Source of the DNA: Camelus dromedarius
Taxonomy: Eukaryota
Assembly: GCF_036321535.1 (NCBI RefSeq)
Contig: NC_087437.1
Location: 98,830,001-98,894,000, forward strand
Direction: 5' to 3'
DNA length: 64,000 nt
The notes under the pieces were generated by a model. It ran no database searches, was not told where the DNA came from, and saw only the letters and a list, made by a program, of their open reading frames with translations. This document shows positions 39,377 to 50,998 of the stretch, one piece after another. How positions within the stretch are numbered: position 1 is the stretch's first letter; each line of letters starts with the position of its first letter. Made by a program: the position numbers and the translations under genes.

Positions 39377-39826
39377 CTATGATGGTTAGTTTTAAGTGTC
39401 AACTTGGCTAGACCATGGTGTCCAGTTGTTTGGTCAAACTATAGTTTAGATGTTGCTATAAAAGTACCTTTTAGATATAATCAGCATTTGAGTTAGTAGA
39501 TTTGAGTAAAGTAGTTTATCCTCCAGAATGTGGGTGAACTTCATCGAATCAGTTGAAGACCTTAAAAGCAAAGACTGAGGTTGCCCAAAGTAGAAGGAAT
39601 TCTCCAAACTGCAATATAGAAATTCCATCTGAATTTCCAGCCTTCAGACTCAAGATTGCAACACCAACTCTTAACTGAATTTGTAGCTTTTCAATCTGCC
39701 TTACGGATTTTGGTCTTGGCAGTTCCCACAATCATATGAGTCAATTCCTAAAAATAAATCTTTCCCTCTGTATAGGTATGTATATAACCTACTGCTTCTG
39801 TTTCTCTGGAAAACTCTAACTAATGC
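39377..39826 (+). mobile_element. MLT2D-like ERVL solo LTR
   Basis: TGATGGTTAGTTTTAAGTGTCAACTTGGCTAG...TCAGTTGAAGACCTTAA...CTTCTGTTTCTCTGGAAAACTCTAACTAAT. Confidence 0.85.
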
Positions 39827-41159
39827 ACCTTCTAAATTATAGAATGAAGCTGCGTTCAATACATTTCCCACAGTTATTTGTAACACTTCGGATACTTATC
39901 AAATGTATCTAGCATGTATTCTTAGAGTGATATTTTGATATTGTGTCTCTGTATTTCTTAAAACAAGTGAATAGCAGCCACTTAGCACAACCCATTTATC
40001 ATGTATAATTTTGTTAGATGGTCCAGGAGTATATTTTCTTTTGATTCCCTTGGTTTCCTTCCTCAGTCTTATTCTACTGTTGCTTTCATACTAATTCTTA
40101 AAGAGCATTAAACTTATTTTCTTCTACCATGAGTAAATTAAAAAAGTATAATTATGTACTTTTTGGCCCTTTGTAGATTCCATACCAATGGTTTTTCTTC
40201 TTTTTTTGTGAAAACAACTACTGCTATTATTTTTTTTTTCTCTTTTGCAAAACATTAAATTGCATTATATTTAAATCTACAGAAAGAAAGGCTGCTTATC
40301 CCTAAAATGGTTCCTAGAGAATTATTCTCAAGGGCAGTTTATCAAAAACATGAGTGTTAGGGCCATCACAAGGGCAACTTCTAGTGGGGGGGGGGACAAA
40401 TATAATCTATTGGAAAAGAAAAGTGAGTGAGGAATGGAGAAGTCTAGAAGAGAAGTGTTTAATGAGTGTATGAAGACAGGTTTTGACATTTTCATTCTCA
40501 GCTCTCTCTTCCTGCTATAACTAAGTGGAGGAAAAGATTTGGGTTTCAGAGAATAGGATGGAAGAATTCTGAAAGGTATATGTAAGATGTTTCTTAATCT
40601 TTTCTCATAACCTAGTGAGACTGAATGTATCACTGATGGTTGTGACAGAAAATAAAACCAAGTGTAGGCAGCTAAGGGGACAATACAGAGGGACTGAAAA
40701 GAGAAGAGTTGACAAAATGTCCAAAATTACAAAATCCATCAAACTAGCAATTTTTCAAATGTGTTTCTTTTTATAATCACTTGGAGATAATGATTAACTA
40801 TATTAGTTTCTTCAAAACATGCATGAGTAAGTTTTAACAAAGTTATGTAAGTACTCATGCTCAGAGTACAAGAGAGAATTTTATCTGAGCAAACTGTTTC
40901 AGGCTTGTTTGAGCACCCTAAAATCTGTTTTTATACATATCCTCCAGGTTTTTTCCAGTATAAATGGACAAGTCTTTCATTCCTTGTCATGTATGTGACA
41001 TCAATCAAACTTGCAAGGTTTCATCTGTAGTTTATCCCCTATGCTCTACTAACACCTAATTCTAGTAGCAGGTCTGAATAAGGTAGGGATGGGGAGAGAC
41101 ATGCAGGCAGTAGACTTCCTCTCCAAGGAAATCACTAAGGTAACATGACAACAGAGTAA

Positions 41160-41352
41160 TTTTTTTTTAATTGAACTGTAGTCAGTCTACAATGTTGTGT
41201 CAATTTCCAGTGTATAGTGCAGTGTTTTAACTGTACAGATATATTCCTTCTTATATTCTTTTTCATGATAGGTTATTACAAGATATTGAGTATAGTTCCC
41301 TCTGCGATACAGTAGGTCCTTGTTGTTTATCTGTTTCATATATAGTAGTAAA
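41160..41352 (-). mobile_element. Short 5'-truncated L1 3' end
   Basis: Poly-T followed by AATTGAACTGTAGTCAGTCTACAATGTTGTGTCAATTTC...; same family as the L1 at 30300. Confidence 0.85.
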
Positions 41353-43341
41353 TTGGGAGTCTGGGATTTGCAGAATAATCTTTAAACAACTGAGAAAGAA
41401 TTATCAGATAAGAAAAGTGAATCTGTTTCCAAGGACAGGGGATGCCTAGTGGAAGATGGGCAAGAAAACACCTAAATATCCTATTTCCAGTTCTCAGATT
41501 TAGGTATATGAATTTGTAATTCCCTTTCTTAAACCATCTAAGTCTATCAGAAGGATCCATGCCACCACACAGCCTTGAATTCCTGCTACCATAGTCTGGT
41601 GGCAGCAATGCTGTCTCCCAAAGCTTGTTCCCAAATGGACACAGGATGATGGAATTAGCAGTTTCACAGCTCTTGGCCATGGATTACTAAATTCCTAAAC
41701 CAGAATATTATAGAACGTTCAACTGTGCACATCCAGACCAGATAATCAATTCCATTTCTCCATATCTCCCCAGGGGAGTTTTGCATGTGTTGATCTACAC
41801 TCTGTATATTAAGACACTGTTTTACAACAAGTAACAGAAATATGTTATGGCTAGCTTAAGGTGATAGATCAGATAGATAAAGATTTAGATATATTTAAGG
41901 ATACATATGTATTTAAGGATATATATATTAAATGATATGTATATTTAAGGAGATACATACATATAATACCAGGAGCTAACCACAGTGATAGAAGGCTCTT
42001 CTGAAGGTTTATCTCTCAGCGTCTCACTTATCTGGCTTAGGCATGGGCACTGATGCTCAGAATAAATTGCTTCTATCCTTGTTTGTATCACAGAATAAAG
42101 ATTCCAGGTCATGTATGAAAAATCCAATTGAAGGGCTTAAATCATTACCACTAACCTGACTACCAGGGTGTACCCTGTCCTCTTTACTCCATGTAGCAGG
42201 AAATAAGATACCGCCTCCCAACAAGATTACACACCGTGGGAAATTACCCCTAAATAGGAAGCCAGACAGCCTTACAATGCAAGTGGGTACTAAAACTTAA
42301 GTATGTCTTTGCTCAGCGGAGTCCCCACATTGACTAAAATGCACTCTAGAGTAGCTAACTTTTTATGCTTCCGAGAGAACCCTGAATTACTTCCACCTTG
42401 GACATGTCTTGAATGTTTTCCCACCTAGGAAGGATCAAAAGCAAGTTTTCGGGGTTTTTTTTTTTTTTTTCCATTGTAATTGTTCAGTCATCATGAACAT
42501 ATTAACTTGTGTTGATTTGCAAGGGAGCAGTCAAGTGACTGTCACATAGCAAAGCCCAGTCTCCTTTGATCATAGAAACATCAATAATATTTATTCACTT
42601 CTCTGGCATGTGACAATTACTTTTCTAACGCAGAAAGGCCATCTTAATTGAACTTGCATTTCCTGTTTCCCAGGCATTTTGAGTAGGAGGAGGCAGACCT
42701 TCTGTACCATCTATTGTAATGGTTTGCATCATCTTAATTTGGTTGGAGTCTTACTTAAACACCCTAAACCCTGATTGTCTACATTCCAAGCTGTGGGGTG
42801 TGGCAAACAGCCCAGCTGTTTAATTCCAGAAACTGCTTCATGGAGTTTTGTTAAACTTCTTTTCTTTATCCACCTTCATAAAGGGTGGGAAAGTTTTGAA
42901 CTCTCTGCTTCAGTTCATGTGTTAAATTTATTGAATACTTAAGTAATTGAAGCACATTTGTTTACTTTGTTTTGACATTTCTAGCCACTTAGTGATAGTT
43001 TAATCAACACACACAGATAGTAAATCTTATTCATTGCTTATTCATTGCTTATGCCCACTAAATTTGAAGAAATGAACATTTGAGACATTAAGGATAATAA
43101 AAGATCGTATGGCAAGCACCAAATGAGCAGTACAGGTGGCAATAGGAGTAAGGACGAATTTTGGTGGCGGTAGTGGCGGCAGTAATGGTGAGTTAGCCCC
43201 CTCCCCCAAGTTCTGCTTCAAAAAGAACAGGTTTAATTTATTTTCTTATGTGTTCAGGTATAAATTAACCAAAACTTATTTTGATTCATAATACTTCTAG
43301 ATGATGTTTCTGCCTTCATTACCAAGAGGAAAGATACTTAC

Positions 43342-43482
43342 CTGTAAATGTATTCTGCTGTTACCAGAAATATCTGTTCAGTTCCAATGTTGAGTCAAGA
43401 CTTAGCCCTGACGCTGTTGCATGTGGTCCCTTGGTTACCAGCCTTCAATATGTATAACTTGGCATTGAAACTCAGGTTAAGA
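43342..43482 (-). other. Candidate non-coding exon (141 bp)
   Basis: Minus-strand acceptor TTTTCTTTTCCACAG| and consensus donor CAG|GTAAGT; all three frames contain stops. Confidence 0.35.
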
Positions 43483-44454
43483 CTGTGGAAAAGAAAATCC
43501 CTGAATTTCTGTATCCAGATTAAAAAAAAGTCTGAAAATGTGATACAGGGCAATTAAGAAGTTTTTTGCCCAAAGCCTGAGAGGCACTGCATCTGTTTTC
43601 AGTTCATACCTCCATCTAGGAGTTAGTAAATTTCATAAAATGGATAATTTCATGAGGCTATCTGTGTCCATGGCTTAGGCTGAACTGTAGAGTTATAGAA
43701 ACAGAAAAAGAAACTTTTTTTTAATGAACTGGTGATACAGAATTTTCCAGTATGAACTTCCAGGTACTCTCCCTAGAGCCCTCTGAGTTAGCTTTATGAG
43801 TGTAAAAGAATCAACAAGAGAGTCCTGTTGGATTGTCAAGGTCATTGTCTAGGACCTAATACATTGTCTGATACACACTAACATTTGAGGATTCCACACC
43901 AAACAGATTACGGGGGCATGGATATGGAAAGAGGAATGGGAATACTTCAACATATCTTTGCAAACCCTGGCTGCCTCTAATGGGGCTGGGAATTCCTTTG
44001 TTAAATCACAACTTTACAAAAGTCTTCGAGAACCCTGCAATACAGTGTCACCACTACTTTTTTTTCTTTTAAGTCCACAGTACCCTGAACTACATAGTAC
44101 TTGTCCTTAAACTACAAAATACCAGGTGAATAACAGAGTGGAGAAAACTAAATTCTCCAGAGTTGTTGGTGCTGTTCCTTATGGAGACAGCAGTGAGAAG
44201 AGAAGCCTACACTGTCTTTCCAAGGAAAGGTCCCCGGATAGCAGAGTGATATTCTGGAAGAACATGAAGGGAGAAGTCAGTAAAAGCAATAAAAGAGCTA
44301 CGGTCAGTGATACGATCTCATCCCTCTCAAATAATTAGGAATTTGAAGAGGCTTAGGAATGTCAAATGACACTGAATTTTACAGATATTTCTAGTTATAT
44401 CCTCTTAAGACATTGCTTAGTAAGATTCACTGAAAAAAAAAAAAATCTGTGATC

Positions 44455-45990
44455 GGAGACTTCCAGCTTCTGGTCTGGCATGTAAAAAGCTTCCAAGTTG
44501 CTCTACCCTCTATCCTAACAACAAGTATAAGCTGAACAAACTGAAAAATCAACAACTATTCTTCGATCCCTGAGAGAAGTAAGGCCACAGAACAAACTGT
44601 TTCCAACACTGGAGAGACAGGCAGGCAAATACAGAAAATCACAGCTTACCGGAGCCGAGACGCCCATGGGAAGCCACGCTCCAGGGTAGGAAAACCGGAA
44701 CTGTAAGTGGTAAATTGCTAGAGGGTTAGAGTGGACAGTTCTGAAAGGTAGAAACTCCAGAGGGACCCAGTCTTCAGTGGGCCCCCACACTTTTGTGAGT
44801 TTCACCTCCTGGAACTCCACAGGTTTTTTAGAGTAAGTAGAGGAGAAAAATCTCCTTGTGCTTCCAGAAGGGTAAGGGGAAAAGGAACCATCAATGAAAT
44901 AAAGGACATCATCCTTTTCCTCTTAATAAGGTTTGCCCTCAGGAGAAACTAGTTAACCAGAGCCTACCTGCTTTGGTTTTGTGAGGCCCTAACTGACCTG
45001 GGAGAAAGGCAATACCCAATTTCAGTCCACTCCAGCTCTCCTGTCACACCTAAGGGGTGTGAGGGGGGTGGGTACTGAGAAGCAGTGATGAAGCTCATGG
45101 TCCAGTGCGTAGGCTCACTGAGACCTAATCCTAGGACTGTGGAACATTTCTACTCCCCCAACACGTTCCCAGCACAGTCCTAAAGTCTGGTTCGCAGCAG
45201 TCTCTTTAACCTCATACATCGTATCCAGCTATTGAGAAAACTTACAAGGCATATCAGAAAAAACAAAAAACAAAAAACTAAAAGACAGAACAAGCATCAG
45301 GACCAGACTCAAATATGGCAGGAATGTTGGAATTATCAGACCAAGAATTTAAAACAACTGCAATTATTATTAAAGGCTCTAATGGATAAAGTAGGCAGCA
45401 TTCAAGAACAGATAGACAATGTAAGCAGAGAGAAATAAATTATAAGAAAGAACCAAAAAGAAAAAAATTAGAGATCAAAAACACTGAGATAGAAATGAAG
45501 AACAGCTTTGATGGGCTTTTTCAGAGACTGGACGTGGCTGAAGAAAGAATCTCTAAGCTTAAGGACATCTTCATAGAAACCTCCAAACCTGAAAAGCAAG
45601 AGGGAAAAAGACAGAAACACAGAACAGAATATCTAAGAACTGTGCGACAGCTACAAAAACACATTTGTAATGAGAACACCGGAAGGAGAAGAGAGAGGAA
45701 ACGGAACAGAAGTACTTGCGGAAGTAAGGACAGAATTTTCCCCAATTAATATCAGACACAAAACCACGGCTCCAGGAAGTTGAGAGGACTTCTGAGAGGA
45801 TAGGAGAAAAGCAAACAAAATGAAACAAAAAACACTATATCTAGGCATACCATATATCTACATTTAAACTACAGAAACCAAAGATAAAGAAAAGACTCTA
45901 ATAGAAGCTAGAGTTTAAAAACACCTAACCTATGAAGGAACGAAGTTAGGAATTACATTTGACTCCTCCTCAGAAACCATGGAAGTAGAG
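44455..45990 (+). mobile_element. Old L1 5'UTR and ORF1 remnant (L1M4/L1MC-like)
   Basis: GACTTCC start, AAGCTGAACAAACTGAAAAATCAACAAC motif; ORF1-like peptide MKNSFDGLFQRLDVAEERISKLKD. Confidence 0.8.
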
Positions 45991-46009
45991 TGAATATGTA
46001 GATATATAT

Positions 46010-47650
46010 TTTTTAACTTTATCAATTACTCTTTTTTAATTTGTATTTTTAATAGACTCTTTCTTTTTGAGCAGTTTTAAATTTACAGAAAAACTGAACA
46101 GAGTACAGAGAGCTCCCATAACGTCCCACCCCTGATCCCCTATTATTAACATCTTGCATTGGTATGGTATATTTGTTACAATTTATGAACCAATATTGAT
46201 ACATTTATTATATTAACTAAAGTCTGTCATTTATATCAGGATGCTCTCTGTGTTGCACTCCATGGTTTTGAAAAATGCACTCATGTGTTCAGCGTTACAG
46301 TATCATATGGATCAGTTTCACTGCCCTAAAAATCCGCCATCTATTCATCCCTCCCCCTCTTCCCACTGATCTTTTTAGTTTCTATAGATTTATCTTTTCC
46401 AGAATGTCATATAGTTGGAATTATACAGCATGAAGCCTTTCAAACTTGCTTCTTTCACTTAGTAATATGTTTTTAAGTTTCTCCATGTCTTTTTGTGGCT
46501 CATTTCTTTCTATTTCTGAATAATATTCCATTGTCTAGACGCACCACTGTTTATTTATCCATTCACCCACTGAAAGACATCTTGGTTATTTTCAATTTAG
46601 GGCAATTAATGGGGACATAAGTTTTACACTCCTTTGAATAAATACTAAGGAGTCCAGTTGCTGAATTGTATGGTAAGAATATGTTTAGCTCTGTGAGAAA
46701 CCACCGAACTGTCTTCAAAGGAGCTATACTATTTTGCTTTCCCACCAGAAATGCATGAACATTCCTGTTGCTCCACATCCTTGTCAGCATTTGGTGGTGT
46801 CAGTGTTGCAGACCTGATCATTCTAATAGGTGTGTAGTGATATCCCACTGATGTTTTAATTTGCATTTCCCTGATGACATGTAACATGGAGCATCTTCCC
46901 TTATGATTTTTTGCCATTTATCTATCTTCTTTGGTAATGTCTCGGTTAATGTCTTTGGCCCATTTTTTACATTAGGTTGTTTTCTTATCATTGATTTCTA
47001 AGAGGTCTCTGTATATTTTGGATAACAGTCCTTTGTCAGATATGTCTTCTGCAAATATTTAATTGTAGTCTGTGACTGTCTTTTCATTCTCTTGACAGTG
47101 TCTTTAACAAAGAGAAAATTTTAATTTTATGAAGTCCAACTTGTCATTTCTTTCTGTTATGAATAATGCTTTTAATGTTGAATCTAAAAAGTCATCACCA
47201 AACCCAAGGTCATCTAGATTTTCTCCTATATCATCTTCAAGATGCTTTAGATTTGTATTTCATATTTAGGTCTGCAATCCATTTTGAGTTAATTTTTGTG
47301 AAGAGTATGAAGTCTGTGTCTATATTTATTTTTTGGCATGTGAATGTCCAGGTGTTCCAGTACCATTTGTTGAAAAGACCATCTTTTCTTCATTGTATTG
47401 TCTTTGCTCCTTTATCAAAGATGAGTTTACCATATTTATATGAGTATATTTCTGGTCTTTAATCTATTGATCTATTTGTCTATTCATTTACCAATATTGC
47501 ACTGTCTTGATTACCAAAGCTTTATAGCTTTATAGTAAGTCTTAAAGTTGGGTAGCATCATTCCTCCAACTTTATTCTTCTCCTTCAATATTGAGTTGGC
47601 TTTTTTGTGTCTTTTGCATCTTCACATAAATTTTGAATCTATGTGTCAAT
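46010..47650 (-). mobile_element. L1MC-like 3'UTR and ORF2 3' part, antisense
   Basis: Minus-strand peptide [27 protein letters not shown]1MC-type 3'UTR at 46050-46560. Confidence 0.85.
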
Positions 47651-47652
47651 AT

Positions 47653-47776
47653 TCATGATGCAAGATATTAGTAATAGAGAGGCGTCTGGGGACAAAGAAG
47701 GGGTATTTGGAAACTTTCTCAGTGTCTGCTCAATTTTTCTGTAAACCTAAAATTGCTCTTAAAAGTCAAATGTATC
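47653..47776 (+). mobile_element. L1MC/MD-type extreme 3' end, sense
   Basis: ATGCAAGATATTAGTAATAG...TCTGCTCAATTTTTCTGTAAACCTAAAATTGCTC; inverted homologue of 46050-46165. Confidence 0.75.
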
Positions 47777-47800
47777 AGTAATACTTTTTAATATTTGGTA

Positions 47801-48382
47801 AATTAAAAAATACTTTGTGCCCTGTCAGGGTTGTTGAAACCAGCTCATTGATATGATCTCATTACTATATTCTCATGAGACCAACCTGTCACAAGAACTC
47901 TTTCCAAGAAGACTCTCCTAAATGTGCTGAGGCTGGAATTAGACTAGCAGTCACAGGTGTCCCTGCTGGCTTCTGTGCAGCTTTCCCTTGTTTAGTTGCA
48001 GTAGTAGGTGCAGGTCCAGAAGATGCCAGCCTTGATGCTGGAGCCTTGGGTACAGGTGCAGAAGTGGGAGCCAAAGCCAGGACAGAGGCTGGTACTCGAG
48101 CCACAGCTGCTGCTGGGGATGAACCAACCACAGCAGTGGTGGCTGGATTTGATCACTGGGTGGCATGTAGCTGGGGCTGGTGTTGTCAGTGCTTTGGGAT
48201 TTGTCACCATAACTATTGTGAACTTTCCCTCATTATGACTACATTCTTTGAGGGCCATATCATCATAAAGAGTTTTGTCTGCAAAAATTAAGTGTTATCT
48301 CACTACTCAAAATGCATCAGTCCCCTTCAGTGCTTTAACTACAAAGCTGCAGCCAGACTCCAGAAGGCCCAGTCACCTGCAC
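47801..48382 (-). pseudogene. RAD23B: Processed pseudogene of UV excision repair protein RAD23 homolog B (partial: UbL domain, Ala/Pro/Thr linker, UBA1)
   Basis: Minus-strand translation across frameshifts: VKALK-GTDAF*VVR*HLIFADKTLYDDMALKEC..IVMVTNPKALTTPAPAT..ASSGPAP..KQGKAAQKPAGTPV..LVTGWSHENIV.EIISM-AGFNNPDRA..YFL; colinear with RAD23B, intronless, with stops and frameshifts. Confidence 0.9.
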
Positions 48383-48399
48383 CAAGTTGAATTCTGGTG

Positions 48400-49280
48400 C
48401 TGTGGTACAGCCCGACAATGGAATACTACTCTGTGCTGAAAAGAAATGAGTTATCAAGTCATGAAAGGATATGGAAGAACCCAATGAAAACTACTGACCG
48501 TCTCTCCAGAAAGAGGCACTTGCATATTTTACACATTCACTGAACTCCATCAAGGAGCCCGAGGTTGAAAATCTTCATCTAAAGTTTAAAATAGTGCTTC
48601 TCAATCCTTTTTCACATTATGAAATTCATAGAAATGATGATATTCTTAGAGCACACTGGGATAAGTTAAACGAGATGCGAAGGCAACTGCATGGGGCTTA
48701 GTGAAAAAAACACGTTGGTTTTTAAATACCCTATCGTGATAATGAGAAAAATAAAATAAGCATATGAAGGATGATATAAAATATTGTGTTTGTATAAGCT
48801 TTCAAATAAAGTCTTCTCAAAAATAAATCTAACAAAAGACACAAATGCATATTACTAAGTAAAATAAGCCAATCTGAAAATGCCACATGCTGTATGACTC
48901 CAACTATATGACATTCTAGAATAGAGACAGTAGAACAATCAGTGGTTGTCAGGAGGGATGAATAAGCAGAGCACAGCCGAATTATGTGACAGTGACACTA
49001 CTCTGTATGATACTTACAATTGTGGATAAATGTCGTTACACATTTGTTCAAACCCAGAGGATGTACAACACCAGAAGCAAATCCTAATGTAAACCATGAA
49101 CTTTGGAAGAAAAGATGCACTAATGTAGAGTCAACAACTGCAACAAATGTACCACTCGGTGAGGGATGCTGATGATGGAGGAGGCCATGCGTGTATGCGG
49201 GCACCAGGTACATGGGAAGTCTATACACCTTCCACTCAATTTTACTGTGAACCTGAAAACGCACTAAAAGTAAAACCTAA
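48400..49280 (+). mobile_element. L1MC1-like 3' end, interrupted at about 48485-48840
   Basis: ACAATGGAATACTACTC...AAAAGAAATGAG then AAATGCATATTACTAAGT...AAGCCAATCTGAAAA...CTCAATTTTACTGTGAACCT. Confidence 0.8.
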
Positions 49281-49751
49281 AATGAAAATGAAAATGAAAA
49301 ATCTATCTTCTACTATGAACCACAAATCTGGGCCCCGGGGACCATGGATAAAGATTTTTTTTTTAATTAAGTGCATTTGTACACTAGCTTTACGATAAAA
49401 CTCAATTATTGAAACTACTTTCCTATCCTCATATCTACCCTTCTTACAGGAATGCTTTTAAAGTTTCATGCAGTAACTGCAATGTGAAGAGAATTAAAAG
49501 AAGAGGGGAAAAGATATGAGTCAAAGTGTTGGTAGCATAAGCTGTCTGGAGAAGCAGAGAAGGATCCTCTTCACTTCTTAGTGTGTTTTTACATAAAAGG
49601 ACTGTAGACTGAGCCAGTGTTGCTCCTGAATGGCTTAAGCTTCTTGGAAAAGATTTCACAATATGAGACAGAAGAGCTTTACAGCCCTGGGCTGTAGGCA
49701 GAAGCCTGTGGAGGGTTATACAGGTGAGTTGTCTCAAAAAGTTTGATTCCT

Positions 49752-49963
49752 ACTTCTAAGCTGTCCAATTTGTTGCCATATAGTTGTTCATAGTATTCCT
49801 TTATGACTTTTTGTCTTTCTGTGGCATTCGTTGTCTGACTGAAGCATTATGCTGTACACCAGAAATTGACACAATATTGTAAACTGACTATACTGTAATA
49901 AATATGTATATATTAGTCTCGTGTGTGTATATATATACACACACACACACTAAAAAAAACCAC
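49752..49963 (+). mobile_element. Mini 5'-inverted L1 with TSD
   Basis: TSD TTTGATTCCT at 49742-49751 and 49964-49973; inverted ORF2 piece at 49752-49834; sense 3' terminus at 49835-49902; microsatellite and A-rich tail. Confidence 0.8.
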
Positions 49964-50711
49964 TTTGATTCCTGAGCTTGACTTCCACTTGAAAGAGCAT
50001 CTCAGGCAGACAATGAGATACACTGGTGACTGGACCGAGTCAGACAGTAGCATCTGAATTCACAAGAAACTTACGGGAGCCTTAGAGGTCTGCTGGGCAT
50101 TGAAAGGATAAAGAGCCTTGGCTGGTAAGGGGAATAAAGATGAGCCAAGAAAGCTACCAAAATCATGCTTGCTGTTATTTTACCCTCTGACAATAGTTAG
50201 TCAAAAGGCAAAGTGGACTTAGTCTCCACCTCAATTGTGTCTTGTCTTTTTTGCCCAACTGTTTTGAAACAGCCTCTAGTCTTTTCCGTTTTTGGTCTAT
50301 CTTCTATATTGTTGCCTGAAATTATTCTAATTTATGAAGAGGATTCGTGCCTGGAAATAATAAGCTCTCAAATATTTGTTAAGTAAATGACATTTCCTCT
50401 CGTGATTAAAATCCTCCCATGGCTTCTAATTGCCTGTAGTATGGAGTCCAAATGCCTCAGCGTGATCTCTGAGACTTTAAGACTCCAGGCACCCTCTTCT
50501 CTTCTAGGATCTCATCACACGTACCTCCTTGTGATTTCCTGACTTTGAGATCTTCTCTTTTGTTTCTAATGATTTACTTATGCTATTTCCTCTTGCTGTC
50601 ATGCCCATCTTCCCATTTTGTCTTGAATGTTTCTATTCCCCCTCAGTCCTGTTCGTCAAAAAATCTTCCCTGAGGTTTCAAGACCAAGTTGATCGCATCA
50701 AAAAGTTCCCA

Positions 50712-50998
50712 TGATACAAACTTGCAGTTAAAAGATGAAAAAGTCCTGAAGAGCTAGCACACAGCATAGTAATTATAGTCAACAGTGCTCTGTTCCATAC
50801 TTCAAAGTTGCTAAGACACTAGATCTGAAGGGTTCTCACCACAAAAAAGAAATATTTATGTGATGTGATAGAAGTGTTACCTAACACAACAGTGGCAATC
50901 GTGTTGCAATATGTACAGGTATCAAATGAACAGGTTGTACACCTTAAACTTACACAATGTTTTATGTCAATCACAGCTCAATTAGAAACAAGGTTTTT
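50712..50998 (+). mobile_element. 5'-truncated L1MA-like 3' end
   Basis: TSD AAAAGTTCC(CA/TG) at 50701-50711 and 50999-51009; ATACTTCAAAGTTGCTAAGA, TTGTACACCTTAAACTTACACAATG. Confidence 0.85.

Noticed and set aside
47875..48291. 138-aa Ala/Gly-rich plus-strand ORF
   Set aside because: Antisense shadow of the low-complexity RAD23B linker on the minus strand.
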